NCBI RefSeq assembly: GCF_032444005.1 | Contig: NC_091288.1 | Coordinates: 187,302,001-187,366,000, forward strand | DNA: 64,000 bases | Source of the DNA: Ranitomeya imitator | Taxonomy: Eukaryota | Direction: 5' to 3' | Shown: piece after piece, positions 15,021 through 26,237 of the stretch | How positions within the stretch are numbered: position 1 is the stretch's first letter | Layout: each line of letters starts with the position of its first letter | The notes under the pieces: generated by a model | Seen by the model: only the letters and a program-made list of their open reading frames with translations | Database searches by the model: none | What the model was told of the DNA's origin: nothing | Made by a program: the position numbers and the translations under genes

Positions 15021-15036
15021 GGCTCTTCTAAGAGCC
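15021..15036 (+). terminator. H2B histone 3' stem-loop
   Basis: CCCAAA-GGCTCT-TCTA-AGAGCC-ACCCA. Confidence 0.95.
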
Positions 15037-15731
15037 ACCCACAGCCTCGCTATAAGAGCCACCCACAGCCTCGCTATAAGAGCCACCCACAGCCTCACTA
15101 TAAGAGCCCCCCACAGCCTCACTATAAGAGCCACCCACAGCCTCACTATAAGAGCCCCCCACAGCCTCACTATAAGAGCCACCCACAGCCTCACTATAAG
15201 AGCCCCCCACAGCCTCACTATAAGAGCCACCCACAGCCTCGCTATAAGAGCCACCCACAGCCTCGCTATAAGAGCCACCCACAGCCACACTATAAGAGCC
15301 CCCCACAGCCTCGCTATAAGAGCCCCCCACAGCCTCACTATAAGAGCCCCCCACAGCCACACTATAAGAGCCCCCCACAGCCTCGCTATAAGAGCCCCCC
15401 ACAGCCACACTATAAGAGCCCCCCACAGCCTCGCTATAAGAGCCCCCCACAGCCTCGCTATAAGAGCCACCCACAGCCTCACTATAAGAGCCCCCCACAG
15501 CCTCGCTATAAGAGCCCCCCACAGCCTCACTATAAGAGCCACCCACAGCCTCACTATAAGAGCCCCCCACAGCCTCACTATAAGAGCCCCCCACAGCCTC
15601 ACTATAAGAGCCCCCCACAGCCTCGCTATAAGAGCCCCCCACAGCCTCACTATAAGAGCCCCCCACAGCCTCACTATAAGAGCCCCCCACAGCCTCGCTA
15701 TAAGAGCCCCCCACAGCCTCACTATAAGAGC
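15029..15731. repeat. H2B-downstream 24-bp minisatellite, 29 copies
   Basis: (TAAGAGCC[A/C]CCCACAGCC[T/A]C[G/A]CTA)n from 15029. The terminal TAAGAGCTG is at 15725, i.e. 696 = 29 x 24 nt later. Confidence 0.97.
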
Positions 15732-16166
15732 TGCGGCTGCTCCGGTGTCCTCTCCCGTCTCCCCGATGTGTCTGCTCGCACCGCCCGGGGCTCTGCACCT
15801 GGTGATGAGGGAGATGGGGAGAAAACCTCAGGAATAATAATCTGGGCATTTCTCAGCGAGTTGCTGTGTATTCAAGGACTTCTCTTATTTAACCCCTTGC
15901 TGCACAGATCTCGGCATTCTGGGGGAACATTTATTATGATTCCTGTTCTCCACTTGCTGTGATGTGCCCGTGTGTCTGACATGGAGACGATCAGATCGTC
16001 CCTTTCCCATCACAATCAATATTGTGGAGACGATATACTGGTCAGGGACGTATCCTACAAGAGACATTTCCCAGCAGATCCCACCATGTCTCCCCATTAT
16101 AGATCAGTCCTACGGCTGCAGGCAGGAGGTCAGTGATGGGAAATGTACGATCATGTGTAGATCCTC

Positions 16167-16326
16167 ATAGTCTATAATCTTGCGAGCAGGGCCCTCATTC
16201 CTCTTGGTATCTATGTTGAACTGTGCTTTCTGTTATGCTGTAATATCTATTGTCTGTACAAGTCCCCTCTATAAATTGTAAAGCGCCGCGGAATATGTTG
16301 GCGCTATATAAATAAAATTATTATTA
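16167..16326 (+). mobile_element. L2-type 3' UTR/tail fragment
   Basis: CTTGCGAGCAGGGCCCTCATTCCTC...TGTAAAGCGCCGCGGAATATGTTGGCGCTATATAAATAAAATTATTATT, similar to the 3' UTR of the L2 at 18909-19070. Unit 2 copy at ~49046-49205. Confidence 0.75.
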
Positions 16327-18098
16327 AGATTGCTGAGAGTTCCCTGCTCAGAACATTACCCTGTGGTGTCGGGATCTCACAGGTCAGACAGTTACATTAT
16401 CGGTGTCACATCCTCCTCACAGGATTCCTGCTCAGTTACTGATCGTCCTTCTGTTCTATCACTTTTCCTCCCCCGCTTCATCCAGTGTCAGGACTGGCGT
16501 CTCTCGGGCAATATATCCACATGTAGAAGCTCCGAGAATGAGGAGGGGAACAACGATTCTTAGGAGAAATATCCCAATATAATCGCAGGATAAGATCCTC
16601 TAGCACCGGATGTAATGATGTATAACGAATGTCACAGATCTCGGAGGAGACTGTTCAGGGTGACAAACGGAGAAGCCAAAAACAAGAGTCAGACCCAAAC
16701 ATCAACCACCATCAGCAAAAATGAAAATAGTGGCACCATCAATGATCGGGTGCCACCATGTGCCCGGAAAGCAAAGGGTTAATATAACATGAGATAAAAT
16801 CACTGCAGTGCAGAGAGCTCCGATCACAAATCTGACTGTAAGATGCCCAAGTACTGGTGACCTCATCATAGCACAAATGTCACTAATGCCGGGAATATAA
16901 GGACTGATCTCCTGCAGAAGAGCCAGGAAAAAAGAGCAAGTGGGATGAGTCCTGGCCCGGGGTTAATGGAATATTCTCTGTGAAAACCGAAGATCCTGAG
17001 GACGGGGCCGGTGTCGGGCTGTGTCTATGCCGGTGTGAGATCCCCTGTGCGGCTGCCTGTAATATCCGCAGTGGTCACAGCCTGGGCAGTGTCCGTTATA
17101 TCCTCCTGACATATACTGGGGCGGTGTCTGCTCCCCTTACTATTTTTGATCTCCCGTCATTCATCTTGGAACTGGTCCGCTGACGTCGTGTGATGCGGTC
17201 TCTTCATATTGATCTATAAAATATAACACGGATTTACAGGGGAACAGGCTGTACAGTAATATTCTCCTGATCAGATCCGTGTGGGGTGAATAGGGCAGCG
17301 AATATTCACAGGGGATGTGGCTGTGTGAGGCAGCTGGATAGACGGACGCCCTGTGTACCGGGTACGGAGACTCCTGTGTGATGACCACGTCCCGGACACT
17401 AATGTTTCGGATGGATGGCGCCTCTGAAGACTATTAGAACCTCCCCAGAATAATAATGGCCACCGATAAGAAAACCGATCCCCGTGTTTGGGGGCAGACA
17501 GATGGGAGGACAGGACCCGGTATTATCGGTGATCGCCCCTCCAGCAGAGGGGCCGGTAATAATCCGACGGACAAAGAACAGAGATTGAGCGGGAAATTCA
17601 AAACCATCAACGGATCTGCAATAAGCCAATGAGCGAGAGACATCCGCAGGCGCCGACCAATCCCAGATACAGGAATAGCCGCCTCCATTTAACTCTTTAG
17701 TGGCCGTGTGTGCTGACCCCCACTACACACTCGCTTTACAGATCCGGCGACTTCCCCCACCCGAGACCCGGCAGCGTCACATCAGGCTCCGGGCAGAACA
17801 TAGGAGACTTGTCTCAGTCAGGCTGTGATAGGATCAGCGCGGACACCACAGGGGATCTGCACAGGATAATAAGCGGGTGAGAGAGGAGCCTCCGCCTGTG
17901 CAGATGGAGCGGAGGAGAAGCACTGACAGGGATTAACCCCTCACCCGCCCGACTGTCATTGTAATTTATTGCTGATAGCAGTCACAAATTCAACAAGTGC
18001 AAACTACAAATCAACAGAATATTTCTGCATTTCCTTCTGCTCCATGACAAATATCTGTTTTCACCCCTTATCTATTCTGTTCAAAACAAACGTTTTCT

Positions 18099-18692
<594 letters not shown>

Positions 18693-18721
18693 GCGCTGCC
18701 GCCAATCTCTACCAAACCAAA

Positions 18722-18761
18722 GGCTCTTCTAAGAGCCACCCACACCGTCATCACAAGAGCC
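18722..18761 (+). terminator. H2A histone 3' stem-loop (18722-18737) and HDE
   Basis: GGCTCT-TCTA-AGAGCC-ACCCA, then CAAGAGCC at 18754-61. Confidence 0.92.
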
Positions 18762-18908
18762 GGCGCCGCCTATCTCGGGGGTCCTCACGTGAGGCTGATG
18801 GTACATACACCATTGACGCCACCAGTTCGTGTGTTGGTGCACATATCCACAGAATAATAGGAGATGAATGGGTCAATCCCACACGGAGTCTCAGACCCTC
18901 AGGTGGAG

Positions 18909-21900
18909 TATTATTATTTATTATATTTGTTCCATGGCGCTTTACATGTGAGGAGGGGTATACATAATGAAAACAAGTACAATAATCTTAAACAATACAA
19001 GTCATAACTGGTACAGGAGGAATGAGGACCCTGCCCACGAAGGCTCACAATCTACAAGGGATGGGTGAGAATACAGTAGGTGAGGGTAGAGATGGTCATG
19101 CAGCGGTTTGGTCGATCGGTGGTAACTGCAGGTTGTAGGCTTGTCTGAAGAGGTGTGTCTTCAGGTTCTTTTTGAAGGTTTCAATGGTAGGCGAGAGTCT
19201 GATGTGTTGTGGTAGAGGGTTCCAGAGTAGGGGTGATACGCGAGAGAAATCTTGTATACGATTGTGGGAAGAGGAGATAAGAGGGGAGTAGAGTAGGAGA
19301 TCTTGTGAGGATCGGAGGTTGCGAGTAGGTAAGTACCGGGAGACGAGGTCACAGATGTATGGAGGAGACAGGCTGTGGATGGCTTTGTACGTTAGGGTTT
19401 TATAGTGGAGTCTCTGGGCAATGGGGGGCCAGTGAAGGGATTGACAGAGGGGAGAGGCCGGGGAATAGGGGGGGACAGGTGGATTAGTCGGGCAGCAGAG
19501 TTTAAAATAGATTGGAGGGGTGCGAGAGTGTTAGAGGGGAGGCCACAGAGCAGGAGGTTGCAGTAGTCAAGGCGAGAGATGAGGGCATGGACTAGGGTTT
19601 TTGCAGATTCATGGTTGAGGAATGAACGGATTCGGGAAATATTTTTGAGTTGAAGTCGGCAGGAAGTGGAAAGGGCTTGGATATGTGGTTTGAAGGAGAG
19701 ATCAGCGTCAAGGATTACCCCGAGGCAGCGAGCTTGTGGGACTGGGGAGAGTGGGCAGCCATTTACTGTAATGGATAGGTTCGTTGGGGGGGGGTCGCTT
19801 GAGATGGGGGAAAGATGATGAATTCTGTTTTGTCCATGTTAAGTTTCAGAAATCTAGCGGAGAAGGATGAAATAGTGGACAGACATTGAGGGATTCTGGT
19901 TAGAAGGGAGGTGATATCTGGTCCAGAGATGTAGATCTGTGTGTCGTCAGCATACAGGTGATACTGAAAGCCATGAGATTCTATGAGCTGTCCCAGGCCA
20001 AAGGTGTAAATGGAGAAGAGCAAGGGCCCAAGGACTGAACCTTGTGGGACTCCGACAGATAGGGGGCGAGGTGAGGAGGTGGTGTGTGAGTGGGAGACGC
20101 TGAATGTCCGGTCTGTTAGGTATGATGAGATCCAGGATAGGGCCAAGTCTGCGATGCCAAGGGAGGAGAGGGTTTGTAATAATAGGGAATGGTCCACTGT
20201 GTCAAAGGCAGCCGACAGGTCGAGGAGGACAGAGTAGTGTCGCTTGCTCTTGGCGGTTAAGAGGTCATTGGTGACTTTAGTTAGGGCAGTTTCGGTGGAA
20301 TGGTGTGACCGGAAGCCAGATTGTAGGCGGTCAAAGAGGGAGCAAGAAGAGAGATGGGAGGACAGTTCAAGGTAGACGTGTTGTTCCAGTAGTTTTGAGG
20401 CAAAGGGGAGAAGTGATATAGGGCGATAGCTAGATACAGAGGATGGGTCAAGAGAGGGCTTTTTGAGGATAGGTGTGATTGAGGCATGTTTAAAGCTTGA
20501 GGGGAAAACACCAGTTGTTAGTGATAGGTTGAAGAGATGGGTTAGGGTTGGGATGAAGATTGTGGTGAGGTGTGGGATGGGAGTGGGTCAAGTGCACAGG
20601 TGGTGAGATGCGATCTTGAGAGTAGAGTGGAGAGTTGATCTTCTGTAATGGTGGAGAAGTTGGTTTTGGAGGTGGAGGGCTGGGAAATCGGGAGGAAGAG
20701 CTCTGGGGGTTTTTGACCAAAACTGTCTCTAATACTATCAATCTTCTGCTTGAAAAATGAGGCAAAGTCTTCAGCAGAGATAAGTGGGGAGGGAGGAGGT
20801 GCTGGGGGACGGAGGAGAGAATTGAAGGTGTTGAATAACTGTTTAGGGTTGTGAGAGAGAGAGGAGATGAGAAGTAGGTTTGTTTAGCTGTGGCGAGTGT
20901 GGTCTTGAAAGTAGTGAGGGACTGTTTGAATGCGATGAAGTGCTCGTTAGAGTGGGATCTTTTCCATCTGCGCTCAGCAGCCCTGGAAGCTCGCCTCAGT
21001 TCTTTGGTCAGGCTGGTGTGCCAGGGCTGTCTATTGATTTTGCGAGCTTTGGTATGTGTAAGTGGGGCAGCAGATTCCAAAGCTAGAGCTATTGTGGTGT
21101 TATATAGAGCAGCAGCGTCATCCGCATTGTGTATGGAACTTATGCCTGTGAGGGGGAGGAGGGATTCAGAGAATGAGTGTAGGTCAAGATGTTTAATATT
21201 TCTGCGAGGGTGTGAAAGTTTGTGGGGTGGGGATTGTAGACATGGAGTGGAGAGAGATGAGAATGTGAGAAGGTTGTGGTCAGAGAGTGGAAGAGGTGAG
21301 TTAGAGAGGTTAGATAGAGAGCAGAGGCGGGTGAAGATGAGGTCCAATGTGTGACCGTCTTTGTGAGTGGCTGCAGAAGACCATTGAGTGAGGCCGAAGG
21401 AGGAAGTGAGAGTTAGAAGTTTAGTGGCAGCTGAGAGGGAAGTGTCAATGGGGATGTTGAAGTCACCCATGATGATAGTGGGGATGTCCGCAGAAAGGAA
21501 ATGAAGTAGCCAGGTGGTGAAGTGGTCAAAGAAGATGGTGGCTGGCCCTGGGGGGCGGTAAATGACAGCCAGTTGGAGGTTGGTGGGGGAATAGATGCGC
21601 ACAGAGTGCACCTCAAAGGAAGGGAGGGTAACAGAGGGTGGCAGTGGGATTGGGGTGAAGGAACAGTTATCTGACAGGAGAAAACCAACTCCTCCGCCAT
21701 GTTTGCTGCTGGGGCGGGGTGTGTGGGAAAGGTGGAAGCCACCATAAGAGAGTGCAGCAGGGGAGACTGTGTCAGAAGGGGTGAGCAAGGTTTCGGTGAT
21801 GGCGAGGAAGGAAAGTTTGGTAGTAACAAAGAGATCATGGATGTAGGAGAGCTTGTTGCAGACAGAGTGGGCGTTCCACAGAGCTCCTGTTAGTGGGACT

Positions 21901-21950
21901 GGGGAGGCGGGGGATGTGCAAATGGGTATAAGGTTAGAGAGGTTACGGAC
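18909..21950 (-). mobile_element. Decayed L2-clade LINE (APE endonuclease + RT), unit 1
   Basis: Minus strand: LWNAHSV..AITET, YRPP, GDFNI, GHTLDLIF, SDH (APE); [16 protein letters not shown] and YADD (RT); 3' UTR ending in (AAT)n at 18909. Frameshifts and internal deletions. 5' boundary approximate. Confidence 0.9.
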
Positions 21951-22458
21951 GTTTGTGCTAGAGCGAGTGTCGTCTGCGAAGCTCGCAGGAAATGTCCCCT
22001 CATTAGTGTCTGATACTCCGCGCTGAGGTCTACATGTAGTTAGGACGTGCCGGAGTATCGGACTGGGCGGGTGATTCTCCTCATCAGTGACGGCGCCTTC
22101 TCTGGGAGGACAGGACTCCGCGCTGTTCCGGGTGTGACCGGATTGTGATCTCCGCTATCAGCAGTGACCGGTAACAATCCTTCCGAGATTATGAGCAGGA
22201 AATTCAAATCTCCCAACGGATCCTGTGATCAGACAATGAGCGGGCAGCCTTGGGAAAGCTCAGCCTTGAAAATAGGAAGTTAAATGGAGGAGAGACGTCT
22301 ACGTACATCAGGCACACATACGTGTCTCCTCCGTTTAACTTCTTATTTCCCGTGTTCCAGCTGATCTTTCATTATCAGAGTATCCACAGATGCGGCACCT
22401 TCACCCCAGGCCCCGGTAGCGCTGTGTCCCCTATACACCGCAAACAATGTATACACTG

Positions 22459-22461
<3 letters not shown>

Positions 22462-22506
<45 letters not shown>
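22462..22506. repeat. (AT)n microsatellite
   Basis: About 22 AT units; longer in unit 2. Confidence 0.95.
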
Positions 22507-22512
<6 letters not shown>

Positions 22513-23284
22513 TACAGGACAGGGGCTGTAGAGGGCAGAACCAACACCTGTGTTCCCCGTACACTGCACTAACTGGATATATATCTACGTGACAGGACCT
22601 CCAATCACTCCGCCGCAGCTGCAGGACCTCGAAGCACATGTACCCGGCTGTCGGATCTGCCCCTCCACAGCTGTTAGATCTGGAAATGCGCTGTCCTGCT
22701 GCCAGACCTCCAAACGCACCTGCTCGGCTGTCGGACTTCGAAACACACCGTGACTTTGGTAAAGGTGTTTACGGTTTGGCTAAGGATTCCTATATGTCAC
22801 AAATATTGGAGATGGGACCGTCCCTACCGTGCCCTTACACTATAGAGCTGCCATCTAGCAGAACCTCAGCTTCCAAATTCAAAACCATCAACGGATCTGT
22901 AATCAGCCAATGAGCGAGAGACATCCGCAGGCGCCGACCAATCCCAGATACAGGAATATCCGCCTCCATTAACTCCTTAGTGGCCGTGTGTGCTGACCCC
23001 CATTACACACTCGCTTTACAGACCCGGCAGCGTCACATCAGGCTCCGGGCTTTCTCTCTCTCTCGCAGGGAGAGCTGATCAATCCTTCATGTCAGCACCT
23101 CTCCAGAATGAGGCTGATGCACTAGATTTTCTCGGCACCGCCATCCGCACGTGGGGTGCTGCTGTAATCCCGTTCATTATCCTCAATTTTCCTCTGCACA
23201 TCTCCACATCCAGCCAAGTGATCGCTGGGACCAGTATACTCATCAGCATTGCCAATACTTCGATATGTAGCAAAGGAGGAGTGG

Positions 23285-24010
23285 TGTAAAAATTTGGGGG
23301 GCATTTTGAGGGCAACCCAAACGTTGTGCCCCACCAAAAAATGCCCCGGTTGACCCAAAACATTCTGAAAAAAATTACCACACACTCTTAAAGTGTTCCT
23401 CTACACACCCTGCGAATTTGTGGTCGACAGACCCAAGCCGGGCTGAGCAGTGACCCTGCGCACCATAGACTTCAATGGGCAGGGTCACTTTGGGGAGTCT
23501 CTGCTCAGCCCAATTTGTGGCTATCAACCACACATTTTCAGGTTGTGTAGCGTACCCGTAGCTCTAGTAGACCAGTGCTGTAAAAATTTGGGGGACATTT
23601 TGAGATCACCCCAAAAATATGCCCACCCCCAAACTTCTGAACAAATTAACCTACACTCTTGAATTGTTCCTCTACACACCCTGAAAATGTGGGGTTGATA
23701 GGCACAAATCAGGCTGAGCAGTGACACTGTGCGCGATAGGCTTCAATGGGCAGGGCAGCTTTGGGGGGTAACTGCTCAGCCCAGATTGGGGCTATCTACC
23801 TGAAATTTTCATAGTGTGTAGAGGAACAATTCATTAGTTGGGCTATTTTTTCAGAATTGTTAGGTTAATAGGAAGGAGGCTTTTTTTTTTTTTTTTTTTT
23901 GGGGGGGGGGGCATAACTTTTGGGGTGCCCTCAAAGTGCCACCCTCAATTTTTTACACTATTGGTTCGCTAGGGGTACTCTACACACCCTGAAAATTTGG
24001 GGTTGATAGC
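23285..24010. repeat. Palindromic/direct composite repeat (~293-bp period, internal fold-backs)
   Basis: GTAAAAATTTGGGGG..CATTTTGAG at ~23286 and ~23580. Internal arms TGTTCCTCTACACAC...GCTGAGCAGT / ACTGCTCAGC...GTGTGTAGAGGAACA. Inverted copy of the start at ~23918-23958. Confidence 0.6.
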
Positions 24011-25399
24011 CCCCACATCGTACAATCAGCTCCCTGTGCGATAGACATTGGAGTAAAGGTCCCTGTGATGGAGACAAGAGCCGGGAACAGGAGGAACGAG
24101 CTCCCGCAGCAGATTTATCTCCCCGGTACACAGTGAGGTGCAGATCGGGAGGACGGCGGCGATGATCCTAATCTGAAAGAATGTTTCGGCACTCAAAATT
24201 TATATGCTTGAAAAAAAGAAAATTTTATTGGAGATATATGTTTCAGAAAATCGTTGTAACGTTTCGGTCATAACATTGACCTTCGTCAAACTGGAGTACA
24301 TAAAACAGAAAGAGATAATATCTTAATATAATACAATCAGTGTCCATCAAAAATGGAAATACAGTATTGAACCAAAATTCATATCAATAAAAATACAAAA
24401 GAATATTTTTGGAAAAAAGAGAACAGTTCTAGTCTGGTCTAGATAAGACGTTAAATCGGTGATGATTAGCTGCAGAACAGTTTCACATAGATTTAATATA
24501 AATGTTATATGGCATAATATATGTTCTGATAATAGGTTTACACAGGACAATTGAGATCACATTAGTCATGATTTTTTTTTATATAACAGATGTCTCCAAT
24601 TCTGAGAGGAAATATTGAAAAAAACAACCAAGTAAAAACAGAAAATAAAAAATAAAAAAAGGAAAGAAAAAAATAGATGGACTTAGGTCTTACCAAGTAT
24701 ATTAAACGTGCATAATCATGTGTGCGGTCCTATTTATCTCTGTGAGTGGGAAAGGACCATCTATGTCCTAATCCTAAAGACAAAGAAACGGAATACCTAA
24801 TTGTACTAAACTGGTATATCAAGATAGGTGATATTCACAATCAGAAACATCGGACAGGTGATTGCAATCAGCCCCCGATGTGGATCATCTACTAATGTGC
24901 AACACGTGTCCCCCCCAATACTCTGCACTTATGGGGTACAGTGATATCACAGGTCAGGGAGGGGGCAGTCAGCGGAGGCCGTCGCCTGTGTTACCCTTCT
25001 GGGTTCTCAGCAGCTCCAGCTCGTCCCCACATCGTACAATCAGCTTCCTGTGCGATAAACATTGGAGTAAAGATCCCTGTGATGGTGACAAGAGCCGGGG
25101 ACAGGAGGAACGAGCTCCCGCAGCAGATTTATCTCCCCGGGTACACAGTGAGGTGCAGATCGGGAGGACGGCGGCGATGATCCCGGGATATTCTCTCCGC
25201 TCTTTCCCGGCATCTCTGCTAGTGACGGCTACAAATGGCCGGTGGAGATGTTGGAGAAGGGGAGGCGACGGAGGAAGCGCGCTCTGCTGTCCGGTGTTAG
25301 CCGGTAAAGGGCTTTTATCCCGGGCAGGGAAGCACAAGGGGAGAGCGGAGCTTAACCCGGACTCAGCTGGGAGGAAGCGGGGCCTGTGTCCAGTGTCAG

Positions 25400-25464
25400 C
25401 CAATAGGAGCTCAGGACGGTGCAGCTCAGCAGCCAATCAGTGCGCAGTAAGCCTGTACATATAA
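25400..25464 (+). promoter_or_regulatory. H1 promoter
   Basis: CCAAT 25400, CCAATCAGTGCGC 25433 (H1-type CCAAT context), CATATAA 25458. Confidence 0.7.
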
Positions 25465-25539
25465 CAGGCGCCTCCAGCTCCGGCCTCAGTATTTTCCTTC
25501 CTATCAAGAAGTATTTTCGTTTTGCTTCTGCAGCACATG

Positions 25540-26169
25540 ATGGCAGAGACCGCGCCAGCTGCCGCTCCCGCAGAACCGGCCGCCAAATCCAAGAAGCAGC
25601 CGAAGAAATCCGCCGCCAAGAAGAGCAATAAATCCTCCGGCCCCAGCGTCTCCGAGCTGATCGTGAAAGCCGTGTCCGCCTCCAAGGAGCGCAGCGGGGT
25701 GTCTCTGGCCGCCCTGAAGAAGGTTCTGTCTGCCGGAGGATACGATGTAGAGAAGAACAACAGCCGCCTGAAGCTGGCCGTCAGGTCTCTGGTCACCAAG
25801 GGCGCCCTCCTCCAGGTGAAGGGCAGCGGCGCCTCCGGGTCCTTCAAGCTGAACAAGAAGCAGGAGACGAAGGACAAAGTGGCCAAGAAGAAGCCAGCAG
25901 CTGCGGCCAAACCCAAGAAACCCGCTGCTGCCAAGAAAGCCGCCAAATCTCCGAAGAAGCCCAAAAAGGCTCCGACCGCGGCCAAGAAGAGCCCGAAAAA
26001 GGCCAAGAAGCCCGCAGCTGCTAAGAAAGCGGCCAAGAGCCCCAAGAAGCCGAAAGCCGCTCCCAAGCCCAAGAAGGTGACGAAGAGTCCGGCTAAGAAG
26101 GCGGCCAAACCCTCCAAGAGTCCGGCTAAGAAGGCTGCGAAAGCCAAGAAGCCCGCGGCTAAGAAATAA
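25540..26169 (+). CDS. H1: Linker histone H1, unit 2 (209 aa; alternative ATG at 25537)
   Basis: [19 protein letters not shown]...[12 protein letters not shown]...KKPAAKK. The second ATG has the better Kozak context (A-3, G+4). Confidence 0.98.
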   Translation: MAETAPAAAPAEPAAKSKKQPKKSAAKKSNKSSGPSVSELIVKAVSASKERSGVSLAALKKVLSAGGYDVEKNNSRLKLAVRSLVTKGALLQVKGSGASGSFKLNKKQETKDKVAKKKPAAAAKPKKPAAAKKAAKSPKKPKKAPTAAKKSPKKAKKPAAAKKAAKSPKKPKAAPKPKKVTKSPAKKAAKPSKSPAKKAAKAKKPAAKK

Positions 26170-26197
26170 GCTGCAGCCCCTGTTCTGTTACCACAAA

Positions 26198-26237
26198 GGC
26201 TCTTATAAGAGCCACCACCTCCTCCCCGCAGAGCTGT
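26198..26237 (+). terminator. H1 stem-loop (26198-26213) and HDE, unit 2
   Basis: Identical to 611-650. Confidence 0.93.

Noticed and set aside
15028-15849. YSEAVGG and RLWGALI repeat ORFs over the H2B array
   Set aside because: Antisense translations of a 24-bp repeat; lengths simply track copy number.
18044-18052. ATGACAAAT as a relic octamer of a lost divergent H2B upstream of H2A
   Set aside because: Needs an insertion to match, has no convincing TATA or H2B remnant, and is compatible with chance in AT-rich DNA.
22343-22639. YIYIYI ORFs
   Set aside because: Translations of the (AT)n microsatellite.
23050-23283. Gene-like fragment open in several frames (e.g. LLHIEVLAMLMSILVPAITWLD...)
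   Set aside because: I could not recognise a family; a BLASTX would be needed, so no call is made.
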